Shown in pieces: positions 9,557 to 18,343 of a stretch of DNA of 64,000 nt. Location: the NCBI GenBank assembly GCA_001819985.1, contig MHOE01000025.1, positions 5,738-69,737 of the forward strand, given 5' to 3'. The notes below the pieces were generated by a model. It had not been told where the DNA came from, ran no database searches, and saw only the letters and a list, made by a program, of their open reading frames with translations. Origin of the DNA: Candidatus Spechtbacteria bacterium RIFCSPHIGHO2_02_FULL_43_15b. GTDB taxonomy: Bacteria; Patescibacteriota; Minisyncoccia; Spechtbacterales; HO2-43-30. The translations under genes and the position numbers were made by a program. Positions within the stretch are counted from its first letter, which is position 1. Every line of letters begins with the position of its first letter.

Positions 9557-10600
9557 TTATGCGAGATAGTACTTATTTCCTTCAGATTTCTTGAAGTAGT
9601 TTTTGTTTTGCAAATTCAATAAAACCGTATTTGGCTTAACAAATCTTCTATCCGAAACCAAATTCAAAAGCTCCCCTTTAGCTAAGGGCCTGCCTTCTTC
9701 TTTCATAATCTGAACTAAAACATCCTTTACTGTTCCTGGTTCATATCCCCACTCCGATAACGCGTAAAGACCGCGTCCTATCAAAATAAATCTGGGGTCT
9801 TTTATAAGTTCGTTGTGAACGGTCTGCGGATGAGTCCTTTTCTTGGCAAGATTTGCCACAAAGTATTTATCGATAAGAGAACTTATTTCCGTAAAGTGAA
9901 GAGGCCTTTGCTCTTTCTCAAAAACAAGATGCGCTTTATCGCGTACGCCCTTTGGGGTTACGGCTGGCCAATAAGCTAAGCCGTAATCGCCGAACGGGCC
10001 AAGCTTAATTATTTTACTCAATAAAATAATATTCCCAGATCTCAAGTTCAAGTCCTTTGATATAAGCTTTGATTCTCTCGCTATAATATTGTCTAATTCT
10101 TCAGTTGACACAACAGCACTCTTACTTTCCAGTATTGAATGAACCTTTAGAACTAAGGCGTCTGATTTTTCAAGAATCTTATGGTCAAGCGCGTATCTTG
10201 CGGTAATGTCATCCGTCTCCTTACCTTCAGCGAGACCTGACATTAATCGAATAGCCAACGCAAAGTAAGCATTTTGATTCGGATTAGAAAGTACCGAGAA
10301 TAAATGCTTCTCGCCAACTATGCCTCCGTTTGAGGTTATGACATCTTTTACGCTGTTAAAAACAGGCGTTAAAATTTCCTTTGCTTCGCCTTGCGAGAGT
10401 TTTTTCAAACCGTATTCCTGTATTTGCCTGACGCGTTCGCGTGTTATGCCGTGACTTCGCCCTATCGCCTCTAATGTTTCCGCGTTCTCTATTCCTATGC
10501 CAAAACGCCGCTCTAAAACTTCACGGTTTTTGTCATTCAGAAATCCCAGTACTTTTGATACGGACTTTTGAATATTTGATTGCTTCGCTGTGTTGACCAT
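9557..10600 (-). CDS. Sigma-70 region-4 domain protein with C-terminal HARE-HTH-like winged helix
   Basis: The N-terminal LERRFG...ETLEAIGRSHGITRERVRQIQEYGLKKL is a sigma r4 HTH. The C-terminal ILIGRGLYALSEWGY resembles the HARE-HTH/RpoE-delta motif. Confidence 0.5.
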   Translation of the reverse strand: MVNTAKQSNIQKSVSKVLGFLNDKNREVLERRFGIGIENAETLEAIGRSHGITRERVRQIQEYGLKKLSQGEAKEILTPVFNSVKDVITSNGGIVGEKHLFSVLSNPNQNAYFALAIRLMSGLAEGKETDDITARYALDHKILEKSDALVLKVHSILESKSAVVSTEELDNIIARESKLISKDLNLRSGNIILLSKIIKLGPFGDYGLAYWPAVTPKGVRDKAHLVFEKEQRPLHFTEISSLIDKYFVANLAKKRTHPQTVHNELIKDPRFILIGRGLYALSEWGYEPGTVKDVLVQIMKEEGRPLAKGELLNLVSDRRFVKPNTVLLNLQNKNYFKKSEGNKYYLA

Positions 10601-10730
10601 AATTACACGCTATTTGGACACTTCTTAAAAATAATTATTCATCATTTTGAAATAAAAGAATCCAAATGGCGCGTCATATATTATTGATTTGCTTTAATAA
10701 TAACATATTGCGAAAAAGTGTCAAGATCTT

Positions 10731-11654
10731 TCACTTTTTTAATTTTAATACAGACCATGAAAAAAGTAAAGGGCTAGCAAGAAAAATTGACGAATATGTC
10801 CCTACGACTATACCTATAGCCAATGTCAGCCCAAAATACTTGAGAGTTTCACCTCCAAAAAGAAGTATGCAAATCAGAACGAATAGAGTGGTCAACGAAG
10901 TATTTATTGACCGCACAAATGTTTGAGATACGCTCTTGTTGATAACCTTTCCAAAATCAAAAATACTGCCCTCTCTTAAAACATTCTCCCTGATTCTGTC
11001 AAAAATTATTATGGTGTCGTTTACGGAGTACCCAAGTATCGTGAGAAGCGCGGCAACGAACGGCATCCCTACCTCCACATTGAAGAAATATCCTACTGCC
11101 GAAAACACTCCGGCGGTTATTATTATATCGTGAAACAGCGCTATGACCGCTACGATTCCGTACTTCCAAGATCTCAACGGGAACGATACGCCTTTGAATG
11201 CCCACGCGATGTAAACCATTATCATCACGACAACAAGCGAAATGGCCCAGATGGATTTTTCTTTGGTCTCCTCGCCTATTACGGGGCCTATAGAATCGAA
11301 CCTGTTTTCCTCCAGTGGTCCGAGATCTCGCAATTTGGCAAGAATCTCCTGATGCCTTGCTTCGCCGACATTGAATTCACCGGACGCGTCGCCTTCTGTA
11401 ACTTCAACAGCTTTAAACCTCAAGATTAAACCGGTCTCATCGACATCTTGTATAACAGTACTACCAAGCCCCAATTCCGACAATTTATTCCTTGCCTCTT
11501 CATGAGAAGGCCTTCTATTTTCAAAATTCACCTCAAGTAAAGTTCCACCTTCGAAATCTATCCCTAGATTCAACCGGAAAATAGCAAGTGATATTACGCT
11601 TGCAATAACCAACAGTCCAGATATTAAATAAAAAACTTTTCTATATTTAAGCAT
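10731..11654 (-). CDS. secF: Protein translocase subunit SecF
   Basis: 307 aa with 6 TM helices and SecF periplasmic-domain similarity, directly downstream of secD. Confidence 0.85.
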   Translation of the reverse strand: MLKYRKVFYLISGLLVIASVISLAIFRLNLGIDFEGGTLLEVNFENRRPSHEEARNKLSELGLGSTVIQDVDETGLILRFKAVEVTEGDASGEFNVGEARHQEILAKLRDLGPLEENRFDSIGPVIGEETKEKSIWAISLVVVMIMVYIAWAFKGVSFPLRSWKYGIVAVIALFHDIIITAGVFSAVGYFFNVEVGMPFVAALLTILGYSVNDTIIIFDRIRENVLREGSIFDFGKVINKSVSQTFVRSINTSLTTLFVLICILLFGGETLKYFGLTLAIGIVVGTYSSIFLASPLLFSWSVLKLKK

Positions 11655-11767
11655 TGTGTATTGAAAAAAATCACCGCATTAAATTTGAATTATTCTTCGC
11701 TCGGTTTTACCTATATTTTATATTCTAATTTATTTCTTCATTTACAATTTCATACCTTGAATCAGTC

Positions 11768-13426
11768 CTATCTTATCCACATATTTCTACGCGAACCCAA
11801 TTTCCCCTCGCCCAATAATCTCATCAAATACTTGCTTACAATCATAGACGAGAACATGCTTATAACCAAACCTATTCCTAGTGTCAGAGCAAAACCTTTT
11901 ATAAAACTTGTCGAAAACCAGAAAAGTATGGCGCAGGTAAGAATTGTAGAAATATTGCCGTCTCGTATGGAAGGCCAAGCTCTGGAATAGGCGCGGCTAA
12001 GCGTGAACCCGAAATCTTGTACGCCATCTCTGCTTTCGCCTCCCGATTTCGCCGATGCTTTATTTGCGCCGCCTTTCATTTCTTCTCTTAATCTTTCAAA
12101 AACCAGCACATTGGCATCAACTGCCATTCCGATACTCAAAATAAACCCCGCCATGCCCGGAAGCGTAAGCGTAACCGGCACCAGCTTTATAACAGCCAAG
12201 AACAGAACTGTGTACGCCAATAATGATACAACCGCAACCAACCCGGATAATCTATAAAGCGCGATCATAAAAATAGCAATAGAAAGCAGACCAACAATCC
12301 CCGCTTTCACGCTCTTATTTATTGAATCTTCGCCGAGCGATGCTCCTATGTTTTGCTGGGATATCAGATCGATTTTGACAGGCAAAGCTCCCGCATTAAG
12401 ATCGCGCGTAACGGATTTAGCTTGCTCCACATTAAACCCAGATATTTGCGCACGTCCGGTTTCTATTTTTTCCCTGACTATTGGACTGCTCCTCGGAACT
12501 CCGTCTAAATATATCGCGAGTGGTTTCTCAACATTTTCCTCCGTTATTTTGCTGAAAAGTTTGGCTCCTTCATCATTTAATTCGAGATTAACTACCGGCT
12601 GATTCGTAGAGGCGTCGAAGTTCAAAGACGAACTTTTTAGATACTGGCCGGTTAAACCAGTAGATTCAAAACACGGATCCTCTCCGTATGATGTCACAAA
12701 TATACCTATAAGCTCCGCGGAGGGATTCTTACAAACTTCCAAAAGTTCTCCGTCTAAAGATGCTTCCGAGAACATTTTTCTAAGGGACATAATCTGTTCT
12801 GATGCCGATTTTTGCGTCTTGAATTCCAAGAAAGGCGCGCTCCCTATTATATTTATCGCCTGACCGAAATCCCGCACTCCCGCGAGCTCCGCTATCAATC
12901 TGTACTCGCCGTTCGATTCCTGAACAAAAATTTGCGGCTCCCTCAAGCCAAAAACATTTACCCGCCTTTCAATTATATCTCGCAGGCCAGTCATTGCTTC
13001 GCTATGTTCGCTTTCGGGTCTGCCGGATAAATCGGCCTTGTAAATTAAGTGTATCCCGCCCTCCAAATCCAGCCCCTTTGAAAAAGGCAAATCCCAAAAA
13101 TAAGGAATGTTTAGAAAATCATCCGCCCTTTTGAGCGCGTACCACTTATCTAAACGCCTTATTTGCTCGGGCATATCAACGGCCTCTAGCTTTGGATTCA
13201 AAAAATCGGCAAACGAATTCCAGTATTTTGGATGATCGATATTTAACGCCAGAAAAGAAACTAAAAAAACCGCGCCAAGGACGGTTCTGTATCTTCGCCT
13301 TGTTTGTTTCGGCCAAATGAAAAAAAATACGGCCTTGGACAAACTTGACGGTAAACGAAATGCCCAGCCCAGCACACGGGAGGCAATATATGGAATATTG
13401 GAAACGGTTTTAGAAAACCTATCCAT
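11768..13426 (-). CDS. secD: Protein translocase subunit SecD
   Basis: 552 aa with a large periplasmic domain and a C-terminal 6-TM SecD/SecF core (LPGMAGFILSIGMAVDANVLVFERLREE). Confidence 0.85.
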   Translation of the reverse strand: MDRFSKTVSNIPYIASRVLGWAFRLPSSLSKAVFFFIWPKQTRRRYRTVLGAVFLVSFLALNIDHPKYWNSFADFLNPKLEAVDMPEQIRRLDKWYALKRADDFLNIPYFWDLPFSKGLDLEGGIHLIYKADLSGRPESEHSEAMTGLRDIIERRVNVFGLREPQIFVQESNGEYRLIAELAGVRDFGQAINIIGSAPFLEFKTQKSASEQIMSLRKMFSEASLDGELLEVCKNPSAELIGIFVTSYGEDPCFESTGLTGQYLKSSSLNFDASTNQPVVNLELNDEGAKLFSKITEENVEKPLAIYLDGVPRSSPIVREKIETGRAQISGFNVEQAKSVTRDLNAGALPVKIDLISQQNIGASLGEDSINKSVKAGIVGLLSIAIFMIALYRLSGLVAVVSLLAYTVLFLAVIKLVPVTLTLPGMAGFILSIGMAVDANVLVFERLREEMKGGANKASAKSGGESRDGVQDFGFTLSRAYSRAWPSIRDGNISTILTCAILFWFSTSFIKGFALTLGIGLVISMFSSMIVSKYLMRLLGEGKLGSRRNMWIR

Positions 13427-13486
13427 AATCCTACACGGTATACTAAAATCTTTTTCAGGTCAATAAAAAACCCGTTTGAAACGGAT

Positions 13487-13999
13487 TTATATTTTAAAAC
13501 TTGGAACCACTACATCTGTGTCTCCCTTAATAATTACAGATACTTCACCATCTTCGGGATATTCTCTCATCCCGTAATCCTTGCCCTTGGCATACTTAAA
13601 GCTGTGAAAGCTCATGGCCCATTCCAAATCGGAATCATTTCCCACTTTATGGATAGCCGAGTCATTCTCTATAATCTCGCTTCCTGTCTCAAAAACTATC
13701 TTCCTTCTTCCCCGAGTTTCCCGATAAAGAGAACCCGCCAATACCAGTACCTTCGCGAAAGCTCCGGCATGGTCATGCGGAGAAGTCGAAGATCCGGGAG
13801 GCCAGACCAGAAGGAAAAAATCCATGCCGTCCTTACTTGCCAATATATGCCTGTACGGCCGGGCTCTGCCCGCATCGCCGAACTTGATATAGTAATCAAG
13901 AAATATTTTTATGTCGCGACTCTCATTACCTTTATGCCGTGATTTTAAGCGAAGAATCAATCGGCGCATACTTGTAAAAAATAAGATTACTGTCGCCAA
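13487..13999 (-). CDS. Cupin-fold protein (cysteine-dioxygenase-like)
   Basis: The HDHAGAFAKVLVLAGSL His-rich beta-barrel motif resembles CDO type I. The true start is probably an internal Met. Confidence 0.4.
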   Translation of the reverse strand: MATVILFFTSMRRLILRLKSRHKGNESRDIKIFLDYYIKFGDAGRARPYRHILASKDGMDFFLLVWPPGSSTSPHDHAGAFAKVLVLAGSLYRETRGRRKIVFETGSEIIENDSAIHKVGNDSDLEWAMSFHSFKYAKGKDYGMREYPEDGEVSVIIKGDTDVVVPSFKI

Positions 14000-14023
14000 A
14001 ATCTATCCTCCTTTTAAGTCCTT

Positions 14024-14665
14024 TCAATCTTTTGGACACAATCCTTTAAGCGGACCATTGCCGCATGGCACAGACCTTTTTGCCGTATGCGCATTTCTTC
14101 CGTATTCTATAAAAAGATAAGTCAATCTAAACCATTTTCTTTTATCAAAGAGCCGCATTAAATCTTCCTCGATTTTAACAGGATTTTCCTCATCCGTCAA
14201 ACCCAAATGACGAGAAACTCGTTTGACATGAGTGTCAACCGCTATCCCTTCGAAAATGCCGTACGCATTCCCCAGCACCACATTTGCGGTTTTTCTCGCG
14301 ACGCCCGGTAGGGACAACATTTCCTCCATAGACCCTGGAAGTTTCTCGCCGAATTTGTCCCGTATTATTTTTGTTGACGCGATAATATTTTTTGCTTTAT
14401 TGTGATAAAAACCGGCCGAACGGATTTCATTCTCGAAAATTTTCAGCTCGGCTTTGGCAAAGTCATCCGCGGTTTTATACTTCTTGAAAAGTTTTTCAGT
14501 TATCTCGTTTACCTTTTTATCCGTGCACTGCGCGGATAAAATAACCGCGACCAAAAGCTGAATGTCGTTTTCGTAATTCAGAACAATCTTAGCATTTGGA
14601 TATGCTTTGTTTAAACGGTTATAAATTTTTTGAGCGCGATTCTTCTTTTCGCTAAAAGATTCCAT
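14024..14665 (-). CDS. nth: Endonuclease III (DNA-(apurinic or apyrimidinic site) lyase)
   Basis: HhH-GPD motif LPGVARKTANVVL and a C-terminal 4-Cys [4Fe-4S] loop (C..CGNGPLKGLC). Confidence 0.85.
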   Translation of the reverse strand: MESFSEKKNRAQKIYNRLNKAYPNAKIVLNYENDIQLLVAVILSAQCTDKKVNEITEKLFKKYKTADDFAKAELKIFENEIRSAGFYHNKAKNIIASTKIIRDKFGEKLPGSMEEMLSLPGVARKTANVVLGNAYGIFEGIAVDTHVKRVSRHLGLTDEENPVKIEEDLMRLFDKRKWFRLTYLFIEYGRNAHTAKRSVPCGNGPLKGLCPKD

Positions 14666-14667
14666 TG

Positions 14668-14853
14668 CTATTCTTCGGATTCGGAACTGTCGGGGAAACT
14701 CTCCCCAACTCCGGCCATTCCCCCGTGTTCACCATCCGCGCAATTGCATTCCTCGAGTGGCTGACCCTGCTTTGGGCATCCGGAAGCTTGGCATTCTCCC
14801 GCGACATCGGAAACTCCCATGCATCCGCCGGTACAAATGTAATGATTTTCCAT
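14668..14853 (-). CDS. Small cysteine-rich protein (8 Cys in 61 aa), possible metal-binding
   Basis: The ORF ends 3 nt before the nth start in the same orientation. Cys spacing is C-x3-C...C-x4-C...C-x-C and the C-terminus is acidic. Confidence 0.35.
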   Translation of the reverse strand: MENHYICTGGCMGVSDVAGECQASGCPKQGQPLEECNCADGEHGGMAGVGESFPDSSESEE

Positions 14854-14974
14854 ATATTTATAGTCGTAAGCTGTAATCTATAAGCCGTGAGCTGATCAGA
14901 ACTTCGCGGATTATAGCTTGCCACCGCTTACAAATGGTAAATTCTAGAAAATAAATCTTATGGATTACGACTTA

Positions 14975-16126
14975 CTATAGTTTACCATTTTTTATCTTAT
15001 CTCTTATATTTTCCACGAAAGTGTTGAAAAAGAAAAGGTTGTGGAATGTTAACAATTTAAGACCCGTTATTTCTTTCGCGCGAATAAGGTGGCAAATATA
15101 AGATCTCGTATAAATCCGGCAAACTATGCATTCGCACTTTTTATCCAGCGGCTTTTTATCGCGCAAAAAAATAGAACGGCTAAGATTTATTTTACCTTCA
15201 GAAATAAACGCTGACCCCCGCCTTGCGTAATGAGTGGGTACCGTGCAATCAAAAAGATCAATTCCGGATTTTATTATGTCCTCCATATCATCAAGATAGC
15301 CGACTCCCAAAAGATGCCTGGGCTTTTCCTCGCTAAGATGCGGAATGGTCCATTTCAGAATATTCATCATATCTTTCTTGCTTTTACCCAAATCTCCGCC
15401 TATTCCGTACCCGTCAAACCCCAACGAATCTATAAACTTCGCGCTTTCCTCTCTTAGATCTTTGAAATGGGAACCTTGGACGATTCCGAATATCGCCTGG
15501 CGATTTCCATTTTTGGCCTTGAGACACCGCTTTGCCCAATCGTGCGTCCTTGAAAGTGACGCCCGAATATATTCGCGGTCAGAAAGAGGAGATGTGCATT
15601 CGTCGAAAGCAAATAAAATATCAGCACCCAAACTTTCCTGTATTTTTATTGATTTTTTCGCGTCCAAAAAAAGTCGGTTTCCGTTGAGCGGCGATCTAAA
15701 AAATACCCCTTTATCCGTGATTTCCAAATCTTTTGGCTTGGAATTTTTCCTTACCGACTCTTTTCCGTCTTCTCCGGGAAAGTATTTCAGCATCTTACCG
15801 ACTCCCGTATCCATGCCAAATCCCAAACTAAACACTTGAAATCCGCCCGAATCCGTCATTATGGGCATATCCAATCTTGAAAACTGATGGATTCCGCCCG
15901 CGGACTTCACGATATTTTCCCCAGGCCTTAAATGGAGATGGAATGTATTTGAAATTACTATCTGCGTTTTAGTTTTTAACACTTCGTCCGCGGACAGTGT
16001 TTTTATCACGGCTTGCGTTGCGACCGGAACAAATGAGGGAGTTCGCACAGTTCCATGCGCGGTCTTTAGAAGTCCAAGCCGCGCGTTCGATTTCCTAGAT
16101 TTTTTTATAATTTTGAATTCAATCAT
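14975..16126 (-). CDS. tgt: Queuine tRNA-ribosyltransferase (tRNA-guanine transglycosylase)
   Basis: TIM-barrel TGT signature (LLKTAHGTVRTPSFVPV, DSGGFQ) and a C-terminal Zn site CxCxxC...H. Confidence 0.85.
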   Translation of the reverse strand: MIEFKIIKKSRKSNARLGLLKTAHGTVRTPSFVPVATQAVIKTLSADEVLKTKTQIVISNTFHLHLRPGENIVKSAGGIHQFSRLDMPIMTDSGGFQVFSLGFGMDTGVGKMLKYFPGEDGKESVRKNSKPKDLEITDKGVFFRSPLNGNRLFLDAKKSIKIQESLGADILFAFDECTSPLSDREYIRASLSRTHDWAKRCLKAKNGNRQAIFGIVQGSHFKDLREESAKFIDSLGFDGYGIGGDLGKSKKDMMNILKWTIPHLSEEKPRHLLGVGYLDDMEDIIKSGIDLFDCTVPTHYARRGSAFISEGKINLSRSIFLRDKKPLDKKCECIVCRIYTRSYICHLIRAKEITGLKLLTFHNLFFFNTFVENIRDKIKNGKL

Positions 16127-16194
16127 ATAATCCGATGGGGATATAAAATCCCAAAACGATTACCCAAAGAATACTATATGTTTTTGCGCAAAAA

Positions 16195-16249
16195 TAAAAG
16201 GGCTATCCGCACCCGCTTTTGGCAAAAGCGGGAATAGCCCAATTTTTTA
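16195..16249 (-). terminator. Nested-hairpin intrinsic terminator (bidirectional) downstream of the beta-propeller-like gene
   Basis: Outer stem GGGCTAT/ATAGCCC and inner stem CCCGCTTTT-ggc-AAAAGCGGG are flanked by A- and T-runs on both sides. Confidence 0.5.
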
Positions 16250-16306
16250 CCGCATCCGATCTTTCTTAAAGTAACTCTCACGCTCCTCTACTTTGCGTAC
16301 CGCTCT

Positions 16307-18325
16307 TTATCTTAACTCAAGCTCGTTTATTTTTTGCCAGTCCGCTTCGTTCAAAACTACGATCCTATCCTCGCCTACTATATATAGATAATCATTTATG
16401 AATATCGCGCGCTTTGCCTGAATATTGCTTACGACCCTAACTAAATTTAGTTCGCCTCCTTTGTAGGAGAAAATATATCCTCCCGCGCCGCTAGGCATAA
16501 AGAATATTTCGTGCTTTTGGTCCATTAAGAACGCGCGATGAGTATTTGAAACATCCGTCCAATATTCAGAAAGCAGGTATTTATCCGCTTCTTTAGGATT
16601 TTTCGATGACGAGACATCAAACAGGGAAACTTTTACATTTGAACCGTCCTGCCCTATTCCCACAATTAAATTTTCGCTTATCGGATGCAGATACGAAGAA
16701 AACCCAGGGATTTTCAATTCTCCAGCCATTATTGGATTTTGAGGATCTGATAGATCGAGCACATAAAACGGATCTGTCTGCCTGAAAGTCACAAGATAGC
16801 CCTTATCTTGAATGAATCGCGCCGAATAAATTCTTTCCGTCACGCCAAGACCTCTTATTGAACCTTTTTCTTTCAAATTTTTATCAAGTATGTAAATGTC
16901 GTTTTCACTGCCTCCCAACGCGTCCCACACTCCAAAAATGCCGAAACTAAACTGTTCGCCCACCGTTGTCGCGACTCGTAAATTCTCCAAGTATTCATCG
17001 AGGGCAAATTGATTCAATAGATGTCCGGGAACACTACCTAGCCCATCCATTGACAGATCGTCTACATTTATTTTTGCGATTGCCGTCCGTTCCAAATCCC
17101 TTGAATTTTCTTTGAAATAATCTTTCAGCCGGTTTGTCAACTCGTTTCGCACACGCAATGCCTCATCATCATCCAGCGAATTTATGTATTGATTCCATAA
17201 GAATTGAAGTTCGGCTATCTTTGAACTTTCACTTATATCGTAAGAGTCCAGTTTTGACACCTTATCCAGAAGCCAAACTGGAGCTACATCTTGAAATTTT
17301 TCTTTCAGAAATTTGGATGAAAATTTTACGATACTTTCATCATATTGATAGGTCGCGTATATCGCGCTATCAGACATATAAATCACGGACGCTCCGGAAG
17401 AACCCACAAACGAAACTTTTTTCACAACCTCGCCGCTCTTTGGATCTAAAATCATAGTGCTAAATGTAACATCAGCCGAAATCGGAAGAGCGGGGTAGTA
17501 TATATCGCCGCACGGAATCAAAGAGGACTCGTTTCCCTCAAACAATCGAACTGGGCATGGATTGGTGTGATTTATGTATTGCTGGGTTATCGCGTAAATC
17601 TTACCTTCGGAAAGACGCGCTTGAACTATGTAATTGTTTTTACTCAGTTTAAGGTTCCAGATTTCCTTTGGCGATGCCGGATCCGAAACATTGTAACCCG
17701 TTATCTCATTGCTGTTTGAGAACACGACAAGCGTTCCGTCTGTTAAAAGCAAACTTCCAAGTTTATCAATTTTTGCCTGGATATCCAAATCGGCTGGCGG
17801 AAAGACCTTAATTGAAAGCAGTTTTCTTATATCGCTTGTGGGCGGCAATATCCCTCTTATATCGTCAACTTGAAGCATATTGTCAAATCTGTAATAGTAA
17901 AAATTTTCCGGCGAAAAATAAATATCATTCCCGTCCGTTTTTACGATATCCGGCTCGTCTATTCCCTCTACTTGAACATTAGTCGTTGATACGCGATAAG
18001 GCCCTTCACTATCCGCACGCGACTCCATAGCACCCGCCGGCGCTGAAGAATCGAGCGTTTTAAGATCTCCGCCAAAACCATAAGAATAATAATCTCCGGA
18101 CATTACTTCCACATATTCCTTAAAATCCTCTTCCGACTTAAATTTTTCCATACTCACCTTATCTCTCTTATAAAAATCCGTTTTTATGCCTCCGAACCCG
18201 GAAATCTTTTCGGATTCCCTATTTACATAGATTGAAATAGCCACAAGAACCGCGAACGCAATTACCGCGACTAACGACATCGCTTTTTTTGTTGTGATTT
18301 CTTTGGTTAAAAATTTCATATTCAT
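16307..18325 (-). CDS. Secreted or anchored large hypothetical protein (beta-propeller-like)
   Basis: 672 aa with an N-terminal signal anchor. Composition is beta-rich with no catalytic motif. Confidence 0.35.
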   Translation of the reverse strand: MNMKFLTKEITTKKAMSLVAVIAFAVLVAISIYVNRESEKISGFGGIKTDFYKRDKVSMEKFKSEEDFKEYVEVMSGDYYSYGFGGDLKTLDSSAPAGAMESRADSEGPYRVSTTNVQVEGIDEPDIVKTDGNDIYFSPENFYYYRFDNMLQVDDIRGILPPTSDIRKLLSIKVFPPADLDIQAKIDKLGSLLLTDGTLVVFSNSNEITGYNVSDPASPKEIWNLKLSKNNYIVQARLSEGKIYAITQQYINHTNPCPVRLFEGNESSLIPCGDIYYPALPISADVTFSTMILDPKSGEVVKKVSFVGSSGASVIYMSDSAIYATYQYDESIVKFSSKFLKEKFQDVAPVWLLDKVSKLDSYDISESSKIAELQFLWNQYINSLDDDEALRVRNELTNRLKDYFKENSRDLERTAIAKINVDDLSMDGLGSVPGHLLNQFALDEYLENLRVATTVGEQFSFGIFGVWDALGGSENDIYILDKNLKEKGSIRGLGVTERIYSARFIQDKGYLVTFRQTDPFYVLDLSDPQNPIMAGELKIPGFSSYLHPISENLIVGIGQDGSNVKVSLFDVSSSKNPKEADKYLLSEYWTDVSNTHRAFLMDQKHEIFFMPSGAGGYIFSYKGGELNLVRVVSNIQAKRAIFINDYLYIVGEDRIVVLNEADWQKINELELR

Positions 18326-18343
18326 TTTCTAATTCCTAATATA

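Noticed and set aside
10690-10730. A weak AAAAAGTG/CACTTTTT hairpin after secF as an intrinsic terminator.
   Set aside because: The stem is only 5 GC-poor base pairs, which is not distinguishable from random AT-rich sequence.
14652-14924. A 90-aa minus-strand ORF overlapping the nth start.
   Set aside because: It overlaps nth by 14 nt in another frame and competes with the Cys-rich ORF. No start signals are present.
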